From the IMG/VR virus record IMGVR_UViG_3300043410_001471, positions 181,437 to 245,436 of that record: a DNA stretch of 64,000 nucleotides, one strand, 5' to 3'. A model generated the notes under the pieces. The model had not been told where the DNA came from, ran no database searches, and saw only the letters and a program-made list of their open reading frames with translations. Shown one piece after another: positions 29,849 through 41,682 of the stretch. Both the position numbers and the translations under genes were made by a program. Each line of letters begins with the position of its first letter. The stretch's first letter is position 1.

Positions 29849-32800
29849 ATGAAAAAAGTGATTTTATCGCTTCTCCTTTCAGTATCAGCTTTTGTAGGAT
29901 TTGGACAAGTAACCACTTCCTCAATTTCAGGTGTTGTGAAGAATGAGAAAAACGAAGTGTTGGTTGGAGCAACAATCCAAGCAGTACACACTCCAACTGG
30001 TACGAAGTATTCTACATCTACCAATAAGTTGGGTAGTTATGTGTTACCGGCGGTTAGAGTAGGAGGACCTTACACAATTCAAGCAACATTTGTTGGTACG
30101 AAGAAAGACGAGGTTACAGATGTTAATACCCAATTAGGTACTACATCAAATGTGAATTTTTTATTAGTTGATGAGAACAAAACCTTAAAAGAGGTTGTTG
30201 TAGTTTCTACTCGAAATAACATTATATCGAGAGAAAGAACAGGTGCATCTCAACAATTCACTCGTAGAGATTTACAAAACATCCCAATTACGGGAGCAAG
30301 AACAATCGATGGTATTACAAAGTACAATCCAAACGGAAACGGAAACTCATTCGGAGCACAAGATTCTCGTTTGAATAACTTTACAATTGATGGTTCTCAA
30401 TTCAATAATGGATTCGGTTTAGGTTCATCAGCACAAGCGGGTGGTAGAACCGGAGCATCGGCAATTTCTTTAGATGCTATTGAGCAACTTCAGGTTAATA
30501 TTGCACCTTTTGATATTCGTCAGAGTGGGTTTACTGGCGCAGGTATCAATGCAGTAACAAGAAGTGGTACAAACGAAATTGAAGGTAGTGTTTATCAAAC
30601 ACAAAGAGATAATAGTTCTACATATGTAGGTGATAACGCAAGAGGAACAAAAGTAACTGCATCTAAATTTGATGAGAAAGTACAAGGTTTCCGTTTAGGT
30701 GCACCAATCATTAAGAACAAATTGTTCATCTTTGGTAACTACGAACAAATTGAGAAAACTGAACCAGGTACAACTTGGATTTCAACAGGTTCTCCATTGA
30801 CAGGTTCACAAATTAGTAGACCAACTTATACACAATTATCAGACTTATCTAAATTTATGCAAGATAAGTTTAATTACACAACAGGTCCATTCGAAGGATA
30901 TTCTAACACAAACGCATCTAAGAAATTCTTAGTTCGTATGGATTGGAACATCAACGACAAACATAAATTAACGGCTCGTTATGTGCATCACGATTCTGAA
31001 GCAGAGATTAATATTTCAAACTCTACATCAGCAGGATTCGGTAATAGAACAACTTCAGCATTAGCAATGAGTTTCCAAAATAGTGGTTATATCATTATGG
31101 ATAACACTCGTTCTTATGTATTGGAATTAAACTCTAAATTATCAAATACTTTACATAATAACTTAATCGTTGGTTATGATAAGCAAATTGAGGATAGAGC
31201 ATATCGTTCTCAAATGTTCCCAACAATCGATATTAAGGATGGTGCAACAACTCTTACATCAGTAGGTTTTGACCCATTCACTCCAGGAAATAAGTTAGAT
31301 TACAATACTTTCCACATTACAAACAACTTAACAAAGTACGCTGATAAGCACACTTTGACATTAGGTTTTAATTATGAGAAATACCAATCTAATAACTTAT
31401 TCTTCCCAGCATCTAATGGTGTTTATATTTTCAATAGTTTAAGTGATTTCTACACTGCAGCTAATCAATCATTAGCAAATGGTGGAGCACCTTCAACATT
31501 AGTTCCAGCTCGTTTCCAATTCCGTTATTCGGCATTACCGGGAGCAGTTGAACCAATGCAAACTTTGAAAACTGATAGATTAGATGTTTACGGACAAGAT
31601 GAGTTCCAAGCAACTGAAAACTTAAAGTTCACTTTTGGTTTAAGAGCAGCAATCATCTCATTCGAACAAACTGCATTGGAAAATCCAGCAGTAACCGCAA
31701 TGACATTTGCAGGTGGATTGAAGTTTAACACAGGTGTATTACCAAAAACACAAACACTTTTCGAACCTCGTTTCGGATTTAACCATGATGTATTTGGTGA
31801 TAGAAAAACACAAGTTAGAGGTGGTACGGGTATCTTCACTGGTCGTCCTCCATATGTGTTTATCTCAAACCAAGTGGGTAACAATGGTGTATTGACAGGG
31901 TATATTGATGTGAGTGGTTCTGCGGCAGCTAAATATGGTTTCACTGCAGACCCTAATAAATACTTTATCCCATCAACTCCAACTTTACCATCTACATTTG
32001 ATTTAGCATTTACGGAAGAGAACTATAAGTTCCCACAAGTTTGGAAATCAAACATCGCAGTTGACCAAAAGTTACCATTCGGTTTCATAGGTACTGCTGA
32101 ATATATCCAAAATGTAAACTTAAACGCAGTTCATTATTACAACGCAAACTTTGGTGTTCCAACTGGCGTATTCGCAGGTGTTGATAAGAGAGCAAAGTAT
32201 GCAGGAACTGATGCAGGTGTTAGAGTAAATGGTAATGTTTCAAACGCAATCGTATTAGCTAATTCAGATAATACTCGTTTCAGTTCATTAACATTGAAAT
32301 TAGAATATCCTTACCAAAAAGGTATCTTCGGTTCATTTGCATGGACAGTATCGGATGCTAAAGACTTTATGAGCGCGGGTTCAATCGCTTCAGGTAGTTG
32401 GACAGGTGCTAGAAGTATCAATGGTAACAACGAATTAAACTTAGCTAATTCTGATAACTTATCTCCAAATCGTTTAGTTGGTTTGTTAGGATATAGATTA
32501 GAATATGGTAAAGGTTTAGGTGGAGCAACTTCATTCACATTAGGTTATGTAGGAAATCAGGGTAATCCATTCTCTTACACAATTGGTGGTGATATGAATG
32601 GTGATAGAATTGCAGGTAACGAATTAATCTTCGTTCCATCACAAATGAGTGATATCAAATTCGCACCATTGACAGTTGGTACAAGAACTTATACTGAAGC
32701 TGAACAACAAGCAGCATTTTGGTCTTACATCGAGCAAGACGAATACTTATCTACTCGTAGAGGTCAATATGCTGAAAGAAATGGTTCATTCTTACCAATG

Positions 32801-33121
32801 TTACATAGATTCGACTTATCAGTTGTACAAGATATCTATGTAAAGGTTAAAGGTAAAAAGAATACAATTCAAATCAGAGCAGATATCTTAAACTTTGGTA
32901 ACTTATTGAACAATGAGTGGGGTGTTTCTCAAAGAGCAACTATCCCAACTATCTTAAACTATTCAACTACTAATTCGGCAGGTGAACCAGTTTATAAGTT
33001 AGCAACTCAAAAATTAGCAGATGGTTCTACTATCTTAGCTAGAGATACTTATCAATATAATTCATCAGTATTTGATGTATGGTCAGCACAATTAGGAATT
33101 CGTTATATTTTTGGAAAATAA
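29849..33121 (+). CDS. TonB-dependent outer-membrane receptor (Oar/SusC-like, N-terminal carboxypeptidase-regulatory-like domain)
   Basis: Signal peptide (FG|Q), plug motif NNFTIDG...GGINAVTRSG, C-terminal QLGIRYIF. Confidence 0.92.
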   Translation: MKKVILSLLLSVSAFVGFGQVTTSSISGVVKNEKNEVLVGATIQAVHTPTGTKYSTSTNKLGSYVLPAVRVGGPYTIQATFVGTKKDEVTDVNTQLGTTSNVNFLLVDENKTLKEVVVVSTRNNIISRERTGASQQFTRRDLQNIPITGARTIDGITKYNPNGNGNSFGAQDSRLNNFTIDGSQFNNGFGLGSSAQAGGRTGASAISLDAIEQLQVNIAPFDIRQSGFTGAGINAVTRSGTNEIEGSVYQTQRDNSSTYVGDNARGTKVTASKFDEKVQGFRLGAPIIKNKLFIFGNYEQIEKTEPGTTWISTGSPLTGSQISRPTYTQLSDLSKFMQDKFNYTTGPFEGYSNTNASKKFLVRMDWNINDKHKLTARYVHHDSEAEINISNSTSAGFGNRTTSALAMSFQNSGYIIMDNTRSYVLELNSKLSNTLHNNLIVGYDKQIEDRAYRSQMFPTIDIKDGATTLTSVGFDPFTPGNKLDYNTFHITNNLTKYADKHTLTLGFNYEKYQSNNLFFPASNGVYIFNSLSDFYTAANQSLANGGAPSTLVPARFQFRYSALPGAVEPMQTLKTDRLDVYGQDEFQATENLKFTFGLRAAIISFEQTALENPAVTAMTFAGGLKFNTGVLPKTQTLFEPRFGFNHDVFGDRKTQVRGGTGIFTGRPPYVFISNQVGNNGVLTGYIDVSGSAAAKYGFTADPNKYFIPSTPTLPSTFDLAFTEENYKFPQVWKSNIAVDQKLPFGFIGTAEYIQNVNLNAVHYYNANFGVPTGVFAGVDKRAKYAGTDAGVRVNGNVSNAIVLANSDNTRFSSLTLKLEYPYQKGIFGSFAWTVSDAKDFMSAGSIASGSWTGARSINGNNELNLANSDNLSPNRLVGLLGYRLEYGKGLGGATSFTLGYVGNQGNPFSYTIGGDMNGDRIAGNELIFVPSQMSDIKFAPLTVGTRTYTEAEQQAAFWSYIEQDEYLSTRRGQYAERNGSFLPMLHRFDLSVVQDIYVKVKGKKNTIQIRADILNFGNLLNNEWGVSQRATIPTILNYSTTNSAGEPVYKLATQKLADGSTILARDTYQYNSSVFDVWSAQLGIRYIFGK

Positions 33122-33144
33122 TTTCAAATATAAACTAAATTTTA

Positions 33145-33172
33145 ATGGGGGGAAGAAATTCTCCCCATTTTT
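33145..33172 (+). terminator. Rho-independent terminator
   Basis: ATGGGGGGAA-GAAA-TTCTCCCCAT + TTTT. Confidence 0.85.
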
Positions 33173-33186
33173 ATTTGGAAAATTAA

Positions 33187-34854
<1,668 letters not shown>

Positions 34855-34888
34855 AATTTAAATTAATATAAACAAAAAACAAACAATT

Positions 34889-35095
34889 ATGGCAAAGTTT
34901 TATTCAGTACAAGTAGCAATCGAAGTTGAAGATGCTAAAGGTAAAATCAAAAAACAAAAGGAAAATTATTTAGTAGATGCAATGTCTGTAACAGAAGCAG
35001 AAGCTAAGTTAGTTAAGAAGTTCGTATCGGAAGGTGTAAACTTAGAATACGAAGTAGTAAAAGTTTCCGAAACAAATATTATTGAAGTATTCTAA
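34889..35095 (+). CDS. DUF4494-like small protein
   Basis: ENYLVDAMSVTEAEAK resembles the Bacteroidota DUF4494 YLVDA.SFTEAE motif. Confidence 0.7.
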   Translation: MAKFYSVQVAIEVEDAKGKIKKQKENYLVDAMSVTEAEAKLVKKFVSEGVNLEYEVVKVSETNIIEVF

Positions 35096-35096
35096 T

Positions 35097-35345
35097 ATGG
35101 AAAAAGAACTCAAAGAAGAGAAGGTATTAGTTCTCAAACGAGTTCCACCAGGGGATAGATGGGTATTTGCCGATGGTAGTCAAAAAGGTATTTACCCATC
35201 TCTTACCGATGCTTTAGAAGGTTGGTTTCAAATCAATGGAGATACCAACTTTTATATTGAAGCAAGAAAGGGAACGGTGGAAATCATAAAGCAGGAAGAG
35301 GTAGAAAAGATAGTACGAAAATTCTCATTATATGGCGAAGACTAA
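35097..35345 (+). CDS. Hypothetical protein
   Basis: Coupled ORF, ATG 35097. Confidence 0.7.
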   Translation: MEKELKEEKVLVLKRVPPGDRWVFADGSQKGIYPSLTDALEGWFQINGDTNFYIEARKGTVEIIKQEEVEKIVRKFSLYGED

Positions 35346-35769
35346 AACATTGGTAATAGCAAGTGGTTATTTCAATCCCGTTCATAAAGGACATATAGAA
35401 TATTTGATTAGAAGCAAGGAGCTGGGAGACCAACTCTTTGTTATTGTCAATTCTGATTTACAAAGAGAGCAGAAAGGTTCAAAAGAATTTATGGAAGAAT
35501 ATGAAAGGAAATTTGTCATTGAATCATTAAAGCCCGTAGATAAATCATTTATTGCTATTGATAGAGATAGATTGTGTAATAAAACTATCGAAATGATATA
35601 CAATATGTATAAGGATAAATTTGATAAATTCATATTTACTAATGGAGGTGACCAAACAGCTGAAACTATTGGTGAGGGTGATGTGTGTAATAGATTAGGA
35701 ATAGAAATGATTTTTGGATTAGGTGATAAAATCCAATCATCATCTTGGTTATTAAATGATAAAAAATGA
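35332..35769 (+). CDS. Cytidylyltransferase-family nucleotidyltransferase (RfaE-II/TagD/RibL-like)
   Basis: SGYFNPVHKGH (HxGH), KIQSSS. Confidence 0.88.
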   Translation: MAKTKTLVIASGYFNPVHKGHIEYLIRSKELGDQLFVIVNSDLQREQKGSKEFMEEYERKFVIESLKPVDKSFIAIDRDRLCNKTIEMIYNMYKDKFDKFIFTNGGDQTAETIGEGDVCNRLGIEMIFGLGDKIQSSSWLLNDKK

Positions 35770-36137
35770 TAAGAACGCCAATAAAAGTAGAAAAAGCCTG
35801 GGGGCACGAAATATGGATTCACAATGATGAAGAATATTGTGGAAAATTATTAGTATTTGAGAAAGTAAAAAATAAATTTTCAATGCATTACCATTTAAAA
35901 AAGAAAGAAACATGGTATGTACAAAAGGGGGGATTTATTTTTGATTGGATTGATACTGAAAATGGTAAATTAAATACTAAAATCTTAGCAATAGGAGATA
36001 GTGTTGTGATAGAAAGAGGATTACCACATCAATTGGAAGCTATGATGGATGGTTCTACTATTTTTGAAGTATCTACTCAGCATTTTGATGATGATTCGTA
36101 TCGAATTTATAAAGATTCACCAAATGATTTAAAATGA
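35766..36137 (+). CDS. Cupin (sugar isomerase-like)
   Basis: KAWG.E, SMHYH..KKETWYV, HQLEA. Confidence 0.85.
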   Translation: MIRTPIKVEKAWGHEIWIHNDEEYCGKLLVFEKVKNKFSMHYHLKKKETWYVQKGGFIFDWIDTENGKLNTKILAIGDSVVIERGLPHQLEAMMDGSTIFEVSTQHFDDDSYRIYKDSPNDLK

Positions 36138-36451
36138 GTTTTATAATTGGAAAAAGTTGTGTTGGATGTGTTGATACATCGTGTGTTGATGCTTGTCCTG
36201 TTGATTGTATAAACGGACCTATTCATATTGATAGAATGGGAGCCGAAGTAAAATCAATGTCAAAGGAAGAACTAATTGATAAGCAACTTTACATAGACCC
36301 AACAATGTGTATATTATGTGGCGCTTGTATTCCGGAATGTCCTGTTGATGCCATTTACAGAGATGAGAAGGAAGCAATCGATTTAGATGATGAAGAATCT
36401 ATACATAAAAATTACGAATTTTACGGACAAGTATTTTCCAAAAAAAATTAA
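36134..36451 (+). CDS. Dicluster Fe-S ferredoxin
   Basis: CVGCVDTSCVDACPVDC and CILCGACIPECP. Confidence 0.9.
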   Translation: MSFIIGKSCVGCVDTSCVDACPVDCINGPIHIDRMGAEVKSMSKEELIDKQLYIDPTMCILCGACIPECPVDAIYRDEKEAIDLDDEESIHKNYEFYGQVFSKKN

Positions 36452-36459
36452 TATTTATA
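36451..36459 (+). promoter_or_regulatory. Putative phage late-promoter motif ATA(T/C)TTAT(A/T) (also 24938, 27696, 41657, 48347, 51095, 52422, 54855)
   Basis: Recurrent motif upstream of operon starts lacking TAnnTTTG. Confidence 0.5.
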
Positions 36460-36493
36460 TTTAAAATAAATCGTTCACTAAAACAAACAAACA

Positions 36494-36724
36494 ATGGGAT
36501 TATTTTCATTTCTAAAAAACCTTTTCAAAAAAGCAGATGCTATTGAGAAACAGGTAGAAACTTTTGTAGAAGAAGTAGCAGAAAAAGCTCCTGAAGTAAT
36601 TAAGGAAGTTAAAAAAGTAACTACAAAAGCTAAGAAAGCAAAAGCAGAAGCAGAGGCTGCCGTTGCACAAGTTGAAGCATCAGTTGCTAAAGTAAGAGCT
36701 AAGAAAGCTAAAGCAACTAAGTAA
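36494..36724 (+). CDS. Small Lys/Ala/Glu-rich protein
   Basis: MGLFSFLKNLF amphipathic N-terminus, KAKKAK repeats. Confidence 0.7.
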   Translation: MGLFSFLKNLFKKADAIEKQVETFVEEVAEKAPEVIKEVKKVTTKAKKAKAEAEAAVAQVEASVAKVRAKKAKATK

Positions 36725-36756
36725 TAAAGTAAAGTAAAAAATCAGAGAATAACAAA

Positions 36757-36897
36757 ATGGCAAAAGCAAAATCATCTGCTGCATCGCAGAAAGTTTCATT
36801 TGGTAAGAGAAGAACAGGCCCAGGTTCCGGTACAAAGAGTTATGGTCCAAAAGCACAGAAACCAAAGAAATACAGAGGACAAGGTAAGATAAACTAA
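36757..36897 (+). CDS. 46-aa basic microprotein (KKYRGQG), absent from the ORF track
   Basis: MAKAKSSAASQKVSFGKRRTGPGSGTKSYGPKAQKPKKYRGQGKIN; stop 1 nt before the next ATG. Confidence 0.7.
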   Translation: MAKAKSSAASQKVSFGKRRTGPGSGTKSYGPKAQKPKKYRGQGKIN

Positions 36898-36898
36898 T

Positions 36899-37864
36899 AT
36901 GATTAGATTAAAATCCTTATTAAAGGAAGAAGAAGTTGTAAAAAACAAAAAAACAGGTAATGTTTATGTGGTTCAAACTTTTGACCCATCTAAACACGAT
37001 AAACCAAGCTCCGTTGAAATTGAAAAAGCTAAAGCAGCTAATAATGGGCAACTTCCTAAAGGAGAACCTCAACCTATTCAAACTCCAAAAAATACTGCAC
37101 CTACAAAATCAGGTCAAAAATTGGGTGGTAGTGATTTCAAATCATCAGCCGAAACTCCAAAAGGAAATGGCATCCCTAAGTTAAAGGATTTGATGCCGGG
37201 TGCAGATTTTTCTAACAAACCACTATCTCAAGTAACTCCCGTAGAAAGACAACAAATTTCTACTATTATTGATAAGTTAGCAGAATTAGGAAATCAGGCA
37301 AAACAAAGTGGTGAAAAAGCACCAAATTTTAATTTATGTAAGGTTTCAATTCCAGGTACTAACTTATATTGCGATGGTAACAAAGGTATTCCTCGTGAGG
37401 ATATGCCACAATTCAAAGGAACACCTGAACCAGGTTCTCCAGCCGATAAGTTACCAAAAGATAAAAATGGAGAAGCTGATACTGAAGAATTCTTTAAACA
37501 AATGTTAGAGAAAGAAGGTATAAATGTATCTAATCCTGCAGCAGTTCCACCTGATAGATTAAAAGCAACTCAATCTGAATTGGTTGGTGTTAAAGTAGCA
37601 GGTATGAGTAAAGCATTGGAAGAAAACCCACAACATCCAGCAATCACCGCACCTATATATGTTTCAAATGATGGATATGTGTTAGATGGACATCATAGAT
37701 GGGCAGCAGTTGTAGCATACAATGCGGCACATCCTAAAGAACAAATTCCAATGAATGTTAGAGTGATTGATGAACCGATTGTACCATTAGTACATCGTTC
37801 AAATAAATTTGCGGAAGCAATTGGTATTAAAGCAAAAGCCGCTGATACCGGCGCAAGAGGATAA
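36899..37864 (+). CDS. ParB/sulfiredoxin-like domain protein with LKSLLxE N-terminus
   Basis: PIYVSNDGYVLDGHHRWAA. Confidence 0.75.
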   Translation: MIRLKSLLKEEEVVKNKKTGNVYVVQTFDPSKHDKPSSVEIEKAKAANNGQLPKGEPQPIQTPKNTAPTKSGQKLGGSDFKSSAETPKGNGIPKLKDLMPGADFSNKPLSQVTPVERQQISTIIDKLAELGNQAKQSGEKAPNFNLCKVSIPGTNLYCDGNKGIPREDMPQFKGTPEPGSPADKLPKDKNGEADTEEFFKQMLEKEGINVSNPAAVPPDRLKATQSELVGVKVAGMSKALEENPQHPAITAPIYVSNDGYVLDGHHRWAAVVAYNAAHPKEQIPMNVRVIDEPIVPLVHRSNKFAEAIGIKAKAADTGARG

Positions 37865-37866
37865 TT

Positions 37867-38637
37867 ATGTACCCAGTTAGAGGATATTACAAACCGGAAG
37901 CACTATTTCATACTATCTCCCAATGGGAAGAGATAGCTAACGAGTTTTTGGCATTAGAAAAGCAAGGGTATGATACAAGAGGTGGTGTTATTGATAATAA
38001 CGCTACATTAGTAGGATTAATCAATAAGTACTTTGGTTATCAGCTATATGTTGAAACTGAATTGTACGATGAATATACAAAAAAGCAAGTATTGGATTTC
38101 ATTGAAGATTTCGTAAATCATAGAGCATGGGGATTGAAAGATGAATTTGGAAAATACATTGCAAATATTGATAATGATAAAATAGCATTCTTCTATTCAA
38201 GAGGAGCATTAGAACCTTATGTATTATTGGATAAGGAATTTACACAAGAAACATATGGTAGTACTGATATCGAAGTAGAAACTCTACATTGGGCATCAGA
38301 GCAAGGATTAAAGAATATTATAGATGGAATTGAACAAGGATTTCAATATTCCATTTCAACATTTACTACACAAGCTAAAGAGTTTTTCAGACCTGAAAGT
38401 AATGTGTTAGTTAAAGTAAAAGGTAAGTTAGTAGCAGCTTTTCAATCTGATGCTAAGACTTTGGTTACAGACCGTGGCAATAGAGCCGCTAATCTATTTC
38501 GTTTTTCCTACCCAGATAATGAAAACAATCTTTGTAGGAATTGGGAACAATGTAAGAATGATAAAACATATCTTTGGAACGAAATAGTTGTTAAACCAAT
38601 ATCTATATTAGATTATAAAAAAGTAGAAAAATACTAA
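37867..38637 (+). CDS. Hypothetical protein, possible ADP-ribosyltransferase-like fold
   Basis: TLHWASEQGLKNII / SISTFT / WNEIVV spacing resembles H-S-E of ARTs (weak). Confidence 0.4.
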   Translation: MYPVRGYYKPEALFHTISQWEEIANEFLALEKQGYDTRGGVIDNNATLVGLINKYFGYQLYVETELYDEYTKKQVLDFIEDFVNHRAWGLKDEFGKYIANIDNDKIAFFYSRGALEPYVLLDKEFTQETYGSTDIEVETLHWASEQGLKNIIDGIEQGFQYSISTFTTQAKEFFRPESNVLVKVKGKLVAAFQSDAKTLVTDRGNRAANLFRFSYPDNENNLCRNWEQCKNDKTYLWNEIVVKPISILDYKKVEKY

Positions 38638-38649
38638 ACTTAAATTACT

Positions 38650-39498
38650 ATGTTGTTAAGAAAAGGTGATAATAACGAAGATGTAAAAAAATTACAAGCT
38701 AAATTGGGTGTAGAACCTATGGGTAATTTCGGACCAAAAACCGAAGAAGCCGTTAAAGCTTGGCAACTGAAGAATGGTTTAACTCCGGATGGTATTGTAG
38801 GACCGGCAACTTGGGCAAAGATAATGGGAGAATCCATAACTGCACAAGTTTCAAATACACAATCAGTAGCATCAACTCCAGCACCACAAGTTGCAGGATT
38901 AAAATTAGATAAACTTAAAGGACATGTTCCTCAAGTTGTAATAGATTCAATTCCAGAAGTTGCTTCTAAATTTGGTATCAACACTCCATTGAGAGTTGCA
39001 CACTTTTTAGCACAATGTGGACACGAAAGTGGTGGATTCAGAGTAACGCAAGAAAACTTAAACTATTCAGCAAAAGGTTTGAATGGTATATTCAAAAAGT
39101 ATTTCCCAACTGAAGCTGCAGCAGCGGCTTATGCTAGAAATCCACAAAAGATTGCTAACAAAGTTTACTCTAATAGAATGGGTAACGGAACTGAAGCAAG
39201 TGGAGATGGATACAAATTCAGAGGACGTGGTTATATTCAATTGACAGGTAAAGATAACTACACTGCATTTGGTAAATCAATCGGAGTGGATATTCCAAAC
39301 AATCCCGATTTAGTAGCATCTAAATATGCATTAGCATCAGCAGCTTGGTTCTTCTCTAAGAACGGATTACATAAGATGGCAGATGAGGGGGCAAGTGATG
39401 TAGTTGTAACAAAGATTACAAAAAGAGTAAATGGTGGGACAATTGGATTGCCAGATAGAATCAAACACTTCAAAGAATATTATCATTTATTAGCATAA
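38650..39498 (+). CDS. Endolysin: peptidoglycan-binding domain + GH19
   Basis: DGIVGPATW, AHFLAQCGHES, FRGRGYIQLTGKDNY, TKRVNGG. Confidence 0.92.
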   Translation: MLLRKGDNNEDVKKLQAKLGVEPMGNFGPKTEEAVKAWQLKNGLTPDGIVGPATWAKIMGESITAQVSNTQSVASTPAPQVAGLKLDKLKGHVPQVVIDSIPEVASKFGINTPLRVAHFLAQCGHESGGFRVTQENLNYSAKGLNGIFKKYFPTEAAAAAYARNPQKIANKVYSNRMGNGTEASGDGYKFRGRGYIQLTGKDNYTAFGKSIGVDIPNNPDLVASKYALASAAWFFSKNGLHKMADEGASDVVVTKITKRVNGGTIGLPDRIKHFKEYYHLLA

Positions 39499-40328
39499 TG
39501 AGTAATAAAAAAAGGTTATATTGGAATAGTTGTTCTTTTTTAGATAATGATTGTATTGTTGATGAATTTGCGGATTTATCAACAATATTTAGTACATCTT
39601 ATCCCGATATTACCAAAATAAAACAAAGTTATAAAGCATCTATTGGTGGTAGTAGTAATGAATCTATATTCAGACGAACACTTATAGAATGCTCTAAAAA
39701 TCATTTCGACTTTGCTTTAGTAGCTTGGTCGCATCCCGAAAGATATTTTATAACCGATTGGAAGCATGAACTTGATTATAATAAATTAAGAGCTGATGCC
39801 GATTCTCTTTATTTCCCAACTAGATGGGATGAAACTCATATGTATGGGTATCAATCTCAAATTCCACATGAATTAAACGATATTGTTAAACATACAAATA
39901 TTCTAAAATTAGAACCAAAGGGTACTGATGATACTATATTTTATACTATAAGTTTACACAATTTTTTTAAACAAAAGGGGATACCACATTTATTTCTTAA
40001 TATGGGTAAATTGGATTCTGATGTATTATGGGCTAGAGAGAGTTGGTTGAATGAAATAGACCCTAAAAATTATTTATCGATAAATGATAATGATACTATT
40101 TTACAAAAAATGCAATTTTCATTTGTAGAATATTTTTTAAAATTGGATAATGGTATCTTAATGAAAGATGTAGAAATAAATCGATTACAACATTTAGGAA
40201 ACTTAGATAACTCCAAAAAAGATAAAATATATACAAGTGATGAATCTGGTCATTTAACCGATATGGGCTACAAACTGATATCTAAATATATTTGTGATTA
40301 TATTATGAAACATAATTTGGTTTTGTAA
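39498..40328 (+). CDS. SGNH-hydrolase-like protein
   Basis: NSCSF, GGSSNESI, DESGHL. Confidence 0.5.
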   Translation: MSNKKRLYWNSCSFLDNDCIVDEFADLSTIFSTSYPDITKIKQSYKASIGGSSNESIFRRTLIECSKNHFDFALVAWSHPERYFITDWKHELDYNKLRADADSLYFPTRWDETHMYGYQSQIPHELNDIVKHTNILKLEPKGTDDTIFYTISLHNFFKQKGIPHLFLNMGKLDSDVLWARESWLNEIDPKNYLSINDNDTILQKMQFSFVEYFLKLDNGILMKDVEINRLQHLGNLDNSKKDKIYTSDESGHLTDMGYKLISKYICDYIMKHNLVL

Positions 40329-40369
40329 CATTTTTTTCGTATATTTGTTACAACAATAATAATAAAAAT

Positions 40370-40573
40370 ATGTTAGGACTTAAAATTAGAATAGTATTAA
40401 ATGTATTATTCATCACATCTATCATAGGATTAGCAATATCCTATATCACAATCTTATTACCACAAATACCTGATTTAAACTTTTTAGAATCAGTTGGTTT
40501 ATATTGTATGTTATTACCTGTAAATGAGTTTTTAAAATCTATAATGGAGGGAGATGATGAACAACATAGATAA
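40370..40573 (+). CDS. Small two-helix membrane protein
   Basis: Two hydrophobic stretches; promoter at 40340. Confidence 0.65.
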   Translation: MLGLKIRIVLNVLFITSIIGLAISYITILLPQIPDLNFLESVGLYCMLLPVNEFLKSIMEGDDEQHR

Positions 40574-41624
40574 AAAATATCAGCAATTACTTTCAGATAT
40601 TATTGAATTTGGAGTAGAGAAAGAAGATAGAACCGGAACGGGTACTATTTCATTATTTGGAGAACAAATTCGCCATAAAATGAGTGAAGGGTTTCCCTTA
40701 CTTACTACAAAGAAAATGGCGTGGAAAACAATAGTAACTGAATTGAAGTGGTTTTTACAAGGTGATACCAATATCAAATACCTTGTTGATAACGATTGTC
40801 ACATTTGGGATGGTGATGCATATAAAAACTATTCCGAAACTTGGAATGCAGAAAATCCACCATTCGCCGGTCCTTATACCGATGTTGAACCATTTCTTAC
40901 TAAAGAGGAATTCATTAAAAGAATCAAAGAAGATTCAGATTTTGCAAATACATATGGTGAGTTAGGACCAATCTATGGCGCACAATGGAGAAGATGGACT
41001 TGGGATTTAAACCCAGACCCAATTGACCAAATCCAAAATTTAATCAATGAATTAAAAACAAATCCAGATAGTAGAAGATTGATGGTAAGTGCTTGGAATG
41101 TCGGTGCGTTAGAATCAATGGTACTTCCACCTTGTCATTATGGATTTCAAGTTTATACAAGAGAGTTGAGTTTGAATGAAAGAGGTGAATTGTTTAGAAA
41201 AACATATCCAAACAAATCTGTTGATGACTTCAAACCAAATGGAATGGAAATCCAATCAATGACACACCAATTAGACACAAGATACACTAACGCAAATATC
41301 CCAACCAGAGCAATCTCTTTAATGTGGAATCAACGAAGTGTAGATACATTCTTAGGATTACCATTCAATATCGCATCATATGGATTATTATTGTTAATGA
41401 TTGCAGATGAAGTAAATATGGTTCCTGATGAATTGATTGGTAATTTAGGTGATGTTCATTTGTATAAGAATCACATTGAACAGGCTAAAGAACAAATCAG
41501 TAGAAAACCAATGGAATTACCATCGGTTCATATTATGGATGGCATATATTCATTTATGCCAGGCGATGTCATATTAGAAAATTATAATTCACATCCAACA
41601 ATTAAAGCACCTTTAAGTAATTAA
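40554..41624 (+). CDS. thyA: Thymidylate synthase
   Basis: DRTGTG, LPPCH, QRSVDTFLGLPFNIASY. Confidence 0.97.
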   Translation: MMNNIDKKYQQLLSDIIEFGVEKEDRTGTGTISLFGEQIRHKMSEGFPLLTTKKMAWKTIVTELKWFLQGDTNIKYLVDNDCHIWDGDAYKNYSETWNAENPPFAGPYTDVEPFLTKEEFIKRIKEDSDFANTYGELGPIYGAQWRRWTWDLNPDPIDQIQNLINELKTNPDSRRLMVSAWNVGALESMVLPPCHYGFQVYTRELSLNERGELFRKTYPNKSVDDFKPNGMEIQSMTHQLDTRYTNANIPTRAISLMWNQRSVDTFLGLPFNIASYGLLLLMIADEVNMVPDELIGNLGDVHLYKNHIEQAKEQISRKPMELPSVHIMDGIYSFMPGDVILENYNSHPTIKAPLSN

Positions 41625-41682
41625 CAAATAAATAATTTCGATTTGAATTATTTCCTATATTTATAGATGATAATAATCATTT

